Virus record (IMG/VR): IMGVR_UViG_3300047561_001118
Location: 1-46,467 of that record
DNA length: 46,467 bases
Direction: 5' to 3' (one strand)
DNA from: a virus
Lineage: Duplodnaviria > Caudoviricetes
Part shown: positions 18,433 through 26,681 of the stretch, piece by piece
Position numbering within the stretch: position 1 is the stretch's first letter
Layout: every line of letters starts with the position of its first letter
The notes under the pieces: generated by a model
What the model saw: only the letters and a program-made list of their open reading frames with translations
Told to the model about the DNA's origin: nothing
Database searches by the model: none
Made by a program: the position numbers and the translations under genes

Positions 18433-18465
18433 AAAAAAACGCATACTGTTATTATATGCGTTTTT
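18433..18465 (-). terminator. intrinsic terminator overlapping the gp32 promoter
   Basis: 11 bp inverted repeat AAAAACGCATA (18435-18445) / TATGCGTTTTT (18455-18465); run of 7 U on the minus strand. Confidence 0.65.
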
Positions 18466-18479
18466 ATTTAGCTCTGCAA
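18451..18479 (-). promoter_or_regulatory. sigma70-like promoter for gp32 with nested TAAATA
   Basis: TTGCAG (18479-18474), N17, TATAAT (18456-18451); TAAATA at 18470-18465. Confidence 0.7.
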
Positions 18480-18504
18480 GCAAAAAGGTAAGAAAAAATA
18501 AACT

Positions 18505-20790
18505 TTATTTAGGTAATCCTGCCAATTTCTTAAGATCTGTCAACATTCTCATAGCATCATCAGGAGTTGTTGGCTTCATTTGAGATAATGCTTTTTTAAG
18601 ATCTGGAGCAGGCTTTGATGTTGGAGGTGCTGCCATAGGTTGATCTGTACCTAATTCACTACCAGACATGTTCATACCTTTCATCATATCGCCAAATTTA
18701 CCCTGTATACCTTTATACATACCGCCTACAGGATCATCACCGCTGGCATCGAAGCCCATACCACCGGCCATGCCTCTAAATTTGCTCATAGCATCATCAT
18801 AACTTGCTGGTTTACCATCAATAGTACCACTGCTAGTTCTATTAGATTTCATATTGTCAGCTGGGATTTTACTTTGGATGTCTTTCATCATGGCCTGTGG
18901 ATCTAACCCACCCATGCCAGGCATTTGCATTCCTGCTTCCATAATACCTGCTATTCTTCTTATGTCTGATAACTCTCTTGAATGGCTATGATGCTGTTTG
19001 TACTTTTCCATAATATTATTACAAGCTCTTTCCACCATGTGATCAAATCTATCTGCTTTATGAGTGCCCGGGGGAACATGATATTTTTCTTTGAGTTCCT
19101 TACACATCTTGGTAACAAACCCTTCTTCACCTATGGTGAAGGTGCCCTCAGTTTGATTAAAGAATCCACTAATACGACTACGAATTTCATCGACTAATTT
19201 ACTACCATTACCACTTTCAGCAAGTGGTGCAGGATTAGGAATCATTGGTCCTGGGGCTGCTGGAGGTGCTCCTGGTGGAGTCATTGCTGCTTCAGGAGGA
19301 GCCATTGCCGCTTCAGGAGGTGCTGCTTCAGGCGGTGGTGCAGGAGGTGCTGCTGCTTCAGGCGGAGGTGCAGGTGGTGCTGCTGCTTCAGGCGGCGGTG
19401 TAGGCGGTGCTGCTGGTGCTGCCGAAACTCCGTCAAACCCTAGTTGAGTACTTAAATCTGTGTCATTTGCTTCGTCATAGGACTTTAAATATTCAGCTAT
19501 TATAGGTCTAGCATCCATTTCGTCTAACCCTAAATCGGCCAATAATGCAAAGGCACGATTTAATTTATTCATATCTATGATACCTTCTAAGCTATCCCTA
19601 GCATTATCACCATCTGTGCCTAATGGAACTGGATTAGAAAACAAGTTTTTTAAAGTTTCCATTGCTTGAGCTCGAACTTCTTCATCTTTATCGAATAAAT
19701 CATCACCTTCTTTTACAATTGCATCTAAATAATGTTCAAACGTACTAAGCTCTTTGATCTTTTTATTTTCTATTTTTTTATCTTCTTTATCATCGTCAGT
19801 TTTCAACATGTCTTCTGCTTCGACTTCCTTAACTGGCAATTCCGATTCATCGACTAATCTATAGATATAAGGAAATGCTGTTTTTAATTCTTCATTAAAA
19901 CTACGTACAGTTAATCTGTCTATCCAATCATTAAGCACTTCTTCAGGAACATCCTGTGATTGATTTGATTCAAAGTTTTCTTTGAACACACTATAATTTT
20001 TTACTGATTGAAGCCCGTGTACTTGTTTCTTAATATTATTAATACGCTCAATTACTTTTTGTTGAATGTTTCCCATGCTTTCACTAACAACAGGGCTACG
20101 ATCTACATAGTTTTTAAAAAATCTTAATTTACTAAGCTCTTCGCTAAGGCCAATAACATGTTGCCCTATTTCATCATATGGATGACCGCCTTCAGAAACA
20201 TGCATAGCCAAAGCTCTTGCTCCGTTTAGATGTTTAACTGGATAAAGGAATCTTTCACCCATAGCGTTTTCTACATAGATATGCTCAATACGCTGTGATC
20301 TTCCATTCATTGCGTTTAAATTGATAGGTTGACTGTGTCTTACTATAATTTTGGCTTCGCCTACTTGCTGGTAACTAGTCTTACTAGTACCAAATAATTT
20401 TGATTCGTTCATATTATCATCCCCTGGGGAATCCCTTTTATCTAAATTGCTTTGAGAAGGATTTTGTGCATTAAAATTTAATCCATGTGTTTGAGCAAAT
20501 TTAGGCAATATATCCCTAATAAATCTATCCCATGATCTATTATCTACTGAATCAGTCCATTGTACATCTAAACCTGGATCTTCACCTTCTTCTGATAAAC
20601 TAATAGTAACATTTACTATTTTTTTACCATTTTCGTCAGTAAAATCAAAGTTAAACTTTCTTGCATCAGCATCTGTTAAATTAACACCGTCAATAGGTTT
20701 ATCATCCGCAGTGGATTTTTCTAGGCTAGGAAATCTTGTTTGTAATTGTCTGCCCAAATCTTTGGCTATTTGTTGGAAATTTGCACTCAT
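18505..20790 (-). CDS. large acidic protein, putative internal head protein with Pro/Ala- and Met/Gly-rich regions
   Basis: 761 aa; TAAATA upstream; xxE-S/A/G sites; IRRIAGI and LKKLAGL motifs. Confidence 0.7.
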   Translation of the reverse strand: MSANFQQIAKDLGRQLQTRFPSLEKSTADDKPIDGVNLTDADARKFNFDFTDENGKKIVNVTISLSEEGEDPGLDVQWTDSVDNRSWDRFIRDILPKFAQTHGLNFNAQNPSQSNLDKRDSPGDDNMNESKLFGTSKTSYQQVGEAKIIVRHSQPINLNAMNGRSQRIEHIYVENAMGERFLYPVKHLNGARALAMHVSEGGHPYDEIGQHVIGLSEELSKLRFFKNYVDRSPVVSESMGNIQQKVIERINNIKKQVHGLQSVKNYSVFKENFESNQSQDVPEEVLNDWIDRLTVRSFNEELKTAFPYIYRLVDESELPVKEVEAEDMLKTDDDKEDKKIENKKIKELSTFEHYLDAIVKEGDDLFDKDEEVRAQAMETLKNLFSNPVPLGTDGDNARDSLEGIIDMNKLNRAFALLADLGLDEMDARPIIAEYLKSYDEANDTDLSTQLGFDGVSAAPAAPPTPPPEAAAPPAPPPEAAAPPAPPPEAAPPEAAMAPPEAAMTPPGAPPAAPGPMIPNPAPLAESGNGSKLVDEIRSRISGFFNQTEGTFTIGEEGFVTKMCKELKEKYHVPPGTHKADRFDHMVERACNNIMEKYKQHHSHSRELSDIRRIAGIMEAGMQMPGMGGLDPQAMMKDIQSKIPADNMKSNRTSSGTIDGKPASYDDAMSKFRGMAGGMGFDASGDDPVGGMYKGIQGKFGDMMKGMNMSGSELGTDQPMAAPPTSKPAPDLKKALSQMKPTTPDDAMRMLTDLKKLAGLPK
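19321..19410. repeat. 3 x 30 bp tandem repeat encoding APPAPPPEAA-type units
   Basis: tgctgcttcaggcggNggtg units at 19321, 19351 and 19381. Confidence 0.9.
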
Positions 20791-20801
20791 ATGAATATTT
20801 A

Positions 20802-22385
20802 TTAGAAACTGCTAGAAATGAACAGAGGTAATGGCGCTTCGAAATCTTCTTCTATATGTACACCACTAAGACTTTCGAATACTCTTGGATCCCAATCAGC
20901 TACTAAGGTGCTCATTCTTACCATTAATAATAAGGCACTTACCAAGTCATCATGGTCACCGCTCTTTGCTTTAAAGGTAAAACCGGCTGCAATAAAGCTT
21001 TTTAACTCACTAATCAAACTTTTACTATTGATCTCCATTTGACCTGTTTCAATTAAATGCTTTAATCTAGCACAAGCAGATATTTTACTACTATGTGTGG
21101 TGTTGAATCCTTTACGAAACTTACGTACATGCCCTTTTCTTATAGGTTCAGATACCATTAATCCGCTAAATTGCTCTTCGCCCAGGTCTTTAATCACTAC
21201 TAACCCTGCTTCGCCCACAGTATTATTTTCTATACTCCAGTAAATGTTATTGGACGAACTACCCATCTCATCGCTAAGGTATTTTAATATGTCTTTTAAG
21301 ATTTTAATTTGCCCTTGAATGGGTGTGGTATTATGATGCCACTCTGCTACTTGTTTAAATGTAGGCAATTCAAACACTTCTATAGCACTATAATTACCAC
21401 CAGTACCTAAACTAGGATCTAAACTAACTAGATATATGTTATCTGGGTTAAGTCTACTGTACCATCTAGTCTGGCCCATTTTAAACAAAGGTTCACGTCC
21501 AGTTAACTCACTTAATTTAATACTGTTAACTAGTGTTTCATCATAAATCAAAAACTCGCAACCGTATTCACGACGAAATCTTTCTTCTCCAATCCTTCCT
21601 TGTTCTTGAGCAGCCCAAGCAGCGTCCCTATCTGGATGTTCGTTCCATTGACAAGTAAATGGAAAGAAGCCGTTAGTACCTAGCTCTTGCTCATTTCCAA
21701 ATTCGTCATACTTATTATTGGCTTCTTTCCATATACGAGCAAAAGTATCTTCGTCACTATTAGGTGTAGAGGTAATAATTGCCTTACCACCAGTGGCCAA
21801 TGTAGGAGATATAGATGTCCAAAATTCATCGGCTATGTTTGGCATCACAAAAGCAAACTCATCACAATATAATAAGGATATACTCATACCCCTGCCAGTA
21901 TTATCAGTAGTTGTAGCCGATACAATACGACTACCATTGTCAAATTCTATACTCCCTTTGTTATAGTTAATTACTCCACAACGAATAAAATCAGGACAAA
22001 GTTCGTATGCATAACGAATACGCTGCATAATCTCTGATGCCCCGGCCTGCTTATGAGCAGCAATTAGTATAGTTTGATCTGGATGGAACATTGCGTACCA
22101 AAGTAAGTATCCACTCGCACAGGTAGTCTTGCCCATCTGTCTAGGCAACATGTTTACAGTAAATCTATGATTATGATATGCGTGTAGTAGCCTTACTTGG
22201 TAATCAAAAGGCTCAAACAATAATTTACCCTTTACCGGGTGTTGAATATAAAAGAAATTAGTGCAAAAATACAGATATCCAATGTCAGGATCACTGCATT
22301 TTAAAAGGTCATTTACCTGCTCTTCGGTATACTTTTCTTTCTTATAGGCCTTCTTTGTAAGAACACCGTCCAGCAGTTTTGCCAT
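20802..22385 (-). CDS. gp17: terminase large subunit
   Basis: PRQMGKTT, GRGMS, LLYCDEFAF, ITSTPN, FRREYGCEF, SLDPS, IENN, HDDLV. Confidence 0.97.
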   Translation of the reverse strand: MAKLLDGVLTKKAYKKEKYTEEQVNDLLKCSDPDIGYLYFCTNFFYIQHPVKGKLLFEPFDYQVRLLHAYHNHRFTVNMLPRQMGKTTCASGYLLWYAMFHPDQTILIAAHKQAGASEIMQRIRYAYELCPDFIRCGVINYNKGSIEFDNGSRIVSATTTDNTGRGMSISLLYCDEFAFVMPNIADEFWTSISPTLATGGKAIITSTPNSDEDTFARIWKEANNKYDEFGNEQELGTNGFFPFTCQWNEHPDRDAAWAAQEQGRIGEERFRREYGCEFLIYDETLVNSIKLSELTGREPLFKMGQTRWYSRLNPDNIYLVSLDPSLGTGGNYSAIEVFELPTFKQVAEWHHNTTPIQGQIKILKDILKYLSDEMGSSSNNIYWSIENNTVGEAGLVVIKDLGEEQFSGLMVSEPIRKGHVRKFRKGFNTTHSSKISACARLKHLIETGQMEINSKSLISELKSFIAAGFTFKAKSGDHDDLVSALLLMVRMSTLVADWDPRVFESLSGVHIEEDFEAPLPLFISSSF

Positions 22386-22960
22386 TATCTTCCTTTAACT
22401 TCAGTATACAAGTTTTTTAACTTATATTTTAAAGTTTCATGCATAGGCATGCTCATCGGATTATCACCGCCACGATAATTATGCTTGAAAGACTTCTTAG
22501 GCTTGTTTAAATCATCGCCACTTGGAATTGCTGCTGAGATTGGAGCATATTCTTCATCTGGACTATTAGCATATTCGTCTATTTCTAGTTCTAATTCATC
22601 CGCATCAGAGTCGTCGTGCCCCATATCATGCATGTCATCATGTCCCATATCGTCATGACCCATATCGTGCTCAGGTTCTGAAACCGCTACTATTGCACCT
22701 GCAGGACCACTCATTGCGTCGTCTGGGGCATCATCACCGTGACCCTTTAATACATTTAATAACTCGCGAATACCTTCTGGGCCTGAAGCATTCATACTAA
22801 CGTTCATGGTGATGGGCGGATGTCCAGCTCCGCCCATCATGCCCATTCCACCAAGTGGAGGCATAATACCACATTCTTCAATAGGCTGAACCGACTCAGT
22901 TAACACCCGAGTAGGTTTATCCATGTCTGTAATCTTTGATAGTAATTTTTTGAAATCCAT
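22385..22960 (-). CDS. acidic hypothetical protein with His/Asp repeat, possible head protein
   Basis: 191 aa; VLTES, IEECG, repeated HDDMG. Confidence 0.7.
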   Translation of the reverse strand: MDFKKLLSKITDMDKPTRVLTESVQPIEECGIMPPLGGMGMMGGAGHPPITMNVSMNASGPEGIRELLNVLKGHGDDAPDDAMSGPAGAIVAVSEPEHDMGHDDMGHDDMHDMGHDDSDADELELEIDEYANSPDEEYAPISAAIPSGDDLNKPKKSFKHNYRGGDNPMSMPMHETLKYKLKNLYTEVKGR

Positions 22961-23562
22961 TATTCTGTCCTGTTGATCGAACTTAACACACTCTTTAAAA
23001 ATTGTGATTGTTCCATGTTATGTGGTTTTTCTGTAGGAGCACTCTTGGCCAATAATTGATCATTGACCTTTTTATATTGCTCGCCTTTATGACGATCTTT
23101 ACCCAACTCTTTTAAAAAGCTTAATTTTGCCTTTTCACCTGCCATTGCTTGAAAATTTGATTTTTCATAAGGCTTGTTTAGCACGGCTTCACTCTTAGTA
23201 CCAATTCTAGCGTAACCTTCCATGTTAGTTTCTATCTCTGCTTGCTCGCCTGGAGTTCTAACTCTTAAATGAACTGGGTTAATTTTTAATTTTTCTGACA
23301 GATAAATTGCTAATTCATGACTAGTGGCCGGATAACTACAAGTAATATCATACAGATTAACATGTACATTTCTTAGTTCAGGAAAATCTAAAGGTGTTTC
23401 AGTAATAGGTGTACGCATAACTTTAGTTACATTCGTACATTCAAATTTTGAAAGAACCATTTTCATAGATTCTTCGATACTATCCTCGACGTCCCCTGCA
23501 ATTTTAACCTTAAATTCATAGGTTTTTATGCTTTCTACTAGGTATTCCTTAAATGTGCTCAT
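22960..23562 (-). CDS. hypothetical protein with capsid-targeting-like N-terminus
   Basis: Begins MSTFKEYLVES; TAAATA at 23586-23581. Confidence 0.7.
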   Translation of the reverse strand: MSTFKEYLVESIKTYEFKVKIAGDVEDSIEESMKMVLSKFECTNVTKVMRTPITETPLDFPELRNVHVNLYDITCSYPATSHELAIYLSEKLKINPVHLRVRTPGEQAEIETNMEGYARIGTKSEAVLNKPYEKSNFQAMAGEKAKLSFLKELGKDRHKGEQYKKVNDQLLAKSAPTEKPHNMEQSQFLKSVLSSINRTE

Positions 23563-23583
23563 AGTCTTTCCAATATGCTATAT

Positions 23584-24054
23584 TTATTTAATATTCTTAA
23601 GTTTTTCTAACAAGCTATTTCTGTCAGCCACAATATATCCGTTACCTGGAATATCCACTCCTTTATCCGAAGTAGCCTCTTGATCGATCTTTTGTTTTTT
23701 CAATTGCAACTCAATCATTCTAAGTTTTTTATCTATCTTTGCTGCTTTGGCATCAATAGCATTTTTAAGCATAGTACCAGCAACTTCAAAAATACGACCA
23801 CTATATCTTGCTTCTACATTCATACCTAAATCCATAAGATCATCATAGGCATTTGTAGCACGATCTGCTAAGGAGTCAAACTCGGTATCACTAATATCAC
23901 CTAAGCCTTTAACTTGAGGCAATGCTGCTGAAATCTTATCGAACTCTTCCATGTCTCTTAAAAAAGCAGCCGGCTTTTCTACTTTCTTGCTTTCTTCTTT
24001 GACAATTTTTTTATTTTCAGGTAAATTTAATACTTCTTCTAATTTTTTAGTCAT
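23584..24054 (-). CDS. gp16: terminase small subunit (T4 gp16-like)
   Basis: RIFEVAGTMLK helix and C-terminal YIVADRNSLLEKLK resemble gp16; upstream of gp17; start ATG 24054. Confidence 0.6.
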   Translation of the reverse strand: MTKKLEEVLNLPENKKIVKEESKKVEKPAAFLRDMEEFDKISAALPQVKGLGDISDTEFDSLADRATNAYDDLMDLGMNVEARYSGRIFEVAGTMLKNAIDAKAAKIDKKLRMIELQLKKQKIDQEATSDKGVDIPGNGYIVADRNSLLEKLKNIK

Positions 24055-24061
24055 ACAATAT

Positions 24062-24499
24062 TTATCTTGTTTTGCCTTGGTGGAATATATCTGTCTCATT
24101 TAAAACACGAAAAGTTAACCCGTGTCCTTTACACCATGCCGTAGCAGCAGCCCATTTATGCTGATTAACAACAAATTGTGCTTGTCTAGCCGTATTACGT
24201 CCTACTTTTTCTAAAAGTTGTTGATTTTGTGGTTTTATTTCGATAACTTCAGATATTAACTTATTATTTTTATCTAGATATTGAATAAAAAAATCTGGCA
24301 CATATACTGTAACTCTTCTAGTCAACGGATTTTGATAAGGTATTTTTATACTTTCACTGGCCCATTTTTGTATACTTGGATGACTGTCACAAAAATTCAT
24401 AAAGGCAAATTCCCAACTACTACGATATGTTGGGCTCTTTATGCCTATATATTTTTCTGGATTTTTAGGAGTAAATTTACCTTTAGCAAACTTACTCAT
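24062..24499 (-). CDS. gp4: head completion nuclease (T4 gp4-like, TnsA fold)
   Basis: GKFTPKNPEKYIG, YRSSWE, WASE, YVPDF, IEIKP, KWAAA. Confidence 0.92.
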   Translation of the reverse strand: MSKFAKGKFTPKNPEKYIGIKSPTYRSSWEFAFMNFCDSHPSIQKWASESIKIPYQNPLTRRVTVYVPDFFIQYLDKNNKLISEVIEIKPQNQQLLEKVGRNTARQAQFVVNQHKWAAATAWCKGHGLTFRVLNETDIFHQGKTR

Positions 24500-24852
24500 A
24501 TCAATATATTACGATTCTCAAAGCTATTATTGACTGTGGTTTTCTTATATCCTAATACACTAGTCTGAACTCTATAATAATTTAATACTTCTGTAATTAC
24601 TTGACTTAATTGAGCATCTGTTAAGCTTTTAAGTTTATCTAATAATTCAAATATATTAACCCCGTCTAACTTTGCTTGATTTAATAAAACAATACCAGTA
24701 CTTCTTGCAGCTTGTTCACCAAACCCTCTACGAATAAAAAATCCTAATACAGCATCAATTTGATTACTAGGAAAAGATATCTGTTCTAAAAAGAACTTAT
24801 CAAAAAAAGTTCTAACCTCACCATTATTAGGATTAGTTGGCAGGTTACTCAT
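24496..24852 (-). CDS. hypothetical protein
   Basis: 118 aa, ATGA coupled on both sides. Confidence 0.7.
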   Translation of the reverse strand: MSNLPTNPNNGEVRTFFDKFFLEQISFPSNQIDAVLGFFIRRGFGEQAARSTGIVLLNQAKLDGVNIFELLDKLKSLTDAQLSQVITEVLNYYRVQTSVLGYKKTTVNNSFENRNILI

Positions 24853-25937
24853 AGAAATCCTCCTAGATCTGTTTGAGTAGCTTCAGTTTTTTCATCGTTT
24901 TTCTTTGTAGGAAAAAATGTATTTTTAAGATTTGTTGTAGCAACTAATCCAGCAGCCAAAGTACCGCCAAGCAACAAATTCTGTCCTTCTTGCTTTACAC
25001 CGGCTTTTGTTAATTTTTTAGTATTTTCATATGTATTGATTGCTGCTGTTGTTGTATTAACAAAATTTTCAAGACTATTAAAAACTCCACCTGGTTGGTC
25101 ATTTTTGGCTAAAGACCCGAATACTTCAAGTGCCCCTTGAACTACACCACCTGTACCAAGTAAAGTAGCAGTGCCTCCACCTTGAGGACTTAATGGGCTT
25201 GGAGATTTATCATAATGCTCTTGGGCAAATCCTTTAACTGCTCCTCCAGAAATAGCTCCTATATCATAAGTTACAGCTTCATATGCAACCGTCATATTAC
25301 ATCCCGAAGCAGTTCCTTGATCGCTGCTCGAATGGGCGTCCGAACCAAAGGAACTAATAACAGGTTTTTTTAAAGTATAGCTAGAATATTTTCTACCATT
25401 AAGTTGATAAATTATAATTTCATTAAAAAAAGGCTTAGAAGAATTATTATCAAGTCCATACGTTCCAAAAAGATACGAATTGTTTTTCATAGCATTTCTT
25501 TCATAAGAACCTGCTTTTTTAGCTGTTAAAGAATCAGCATAATAATAAGCATAATAATTTTGCCATAGAGTGTTTATTATATTAGCCCTATCATCATGAA
25601 ACTGGATATTTATTGGGCTAAAATCATGAGAAGTTTGAACGACTTTTTTACGATTATATTGATTAAGAGTTTGAGTCTTAAGCGTAAATTTAGGTAAATC
25701 AACACTTTTAACTAAAATACCAATTTCATTTTTATGACGATCATTTAATTCTAAATTTTTTAATGCCGTTTTGTTTATATCAAAATATACATGATATAAA
25801 AATTTTACTTTAGGCGCTAATCTAAAATCGTCATCAACAAAGGTTCTAGCGGCGTGCTGCCAGTCGGCCATTTGCCCTTTAGGTTTTAAAAACCCATTGC
25901 CTAATTGATTTAAAAAAGAATTGTTTTTATTGGCCAT
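24849..25937 (-). CDS. tail tube-fold protein (baseplate tube initiator, gp54-like)
   Basis: VKSVDLPKFT...NQYNRK...PINIQFHDD and MTVAYE tube-fold motifs; follows gp19. Confidence 0.65.
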   Translation of the reverse strand: MANKNNSFLNQLGNGFLKPKGQMADWQHAARTFVDDDFRLAPKVKFLYHVYFDINKTALKNLELNDRHKNEIGILVKSVDLPKFTLKTQTLNQYNRKKVVQTSHDFSPINIQFHDDRANIINTLWQNYYAYYYADSLTAKKAGSYERNAMKNNSYLFGTYGLDNNSSKPFFNEIIIYQLNGRKYSSYTLKKPVISSFGSDAHSSSDQGTASGCNMTVAYEAVTYDIGAISGGAVKGFAQEHYDKSPSPLSPQGGGTATLLGTGGVVQGALEVFGSLAKNDQPGGVFNSLENFVNTTTAAINTYENTKKLTKAGVKQEGQNLLLGGTLAAGLVATTNLKNTFFPTKKNDEKTEATQTDLGGFL

Positions 25938-25943
25938 ATAGCT

Positions 25944-25951
25944 TATTTATA
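25944..25951 (-). promoter_or_regulatory. T4-type late promoter TATAAATA
   Basis: Exact T4 gp55 consensus, 6 nt upstream of ATG 25937. Confidence 0.75.
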
Positions 25952-25990
25952 ACTATACATTAACTGCTAGTTTAACTAATTATAGTCAAT

Positions 25991-26016
25991 AAAAAAGGGC
26001 CCACAGGACCCTTTTT
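25991..26016 (-). terminator. intrinsic terminator after gp19
   Basis: Minus strand AAAAAGGGTCC-TGT-GGGCCCTTTTTT. Confidence 0.8.
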
Positions 26017-26029
26017 AAGTAAAGAACTT

Positions 26030-26653
26030 TTATCCCAAACCTGTGGCCATTGTTCTTGTAGTTCTTCCAACGTTTGTACCAATACCAGTGCCTTGTGGGG
26101 TCTGAATACAGTTATCTGGTTGAATTGATAAGTCAATTGTTGATGGTGTCGCCTCAGCATAACTTAAACTTTGATAATTTGCAGACACAATATAGCAACC
26201 ATAACATTCCCAGGTTTCCAATACTGCTGGAGTCCAAATACCATTTCCACCGTCAAGCATTTCTAATTTTAATGTAAACTTATAATCTGTGCCACTGGCT
26301 GCTGAAGCTTGCTCATAGAAATCAAATTGTTTCTGCATCTGCTCACCGACCATCTTACTTACTATACCAGTAACATCATCACGTAAGGTAATAGCTATTG
26401 GGCCCCAAGTTACTTTACCAACATAATTAATTTTACTGTTGTATGTATCAATAGTTTGAGTAGCAAATGTAGCCGTTGGCTTGACCGCTGTTTGTACTTG
26501 CTTGGTTAATTCAGTTGTCGGTGTACTAACTCCAAAATTCTCGAACATCACTCTAAAACGATATTTGAGTTTTGGCATTAGCATGCCTTGGGCACTAGCA
26601 CTTGAATCGCTAGCTAGTGGTACTGTGAATCTATTTAATGTTGCAATTGCCAT
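26030..26653 (-). CDS. gp19: tail tube protein
   Basis: PKLKYRFRV, GKVTWGPIAITLRDD, ETWECYGC, LSY, IQPDN; directly after the sheath gene. Confidence 0.85.
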   Translation of the reverse strand: MAIATLNRFTVPLASDSSASAQGMLMPKLKYRFRVMFENFGVSTPTTELTKQVQTAVKPTATFATQTIDTYNSKINYVGKVTWGPIAITLRDDVTGIVSKMVGEQMQKQFDFYEQASAASGTDYKFTLKLEMLDGGNGIWTPAVLETWECYGCYIVSANYQSLSYAEATPSTIDLSIQPDNCIQTPQGTGIGTNVGRTTRTMATGLG

Positions 26654-26681
26654 GTTTTTTAAGCTCCGTTATACTTATTTA

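Noticed and set aside
16063-22385. Inteins or introns in uvsX and terminase
   Set aside because: Lengths are ordinary, motifs are contiguous, and no intein or homing endonuclease signature is visible
24062-24499. TnsA-like nuclease as a Tn7-like transposon gene
   Set aside because: Matches the T4 gp4 pattern in a morphogenesis context; no tnsB/tnsC or terminal repeats
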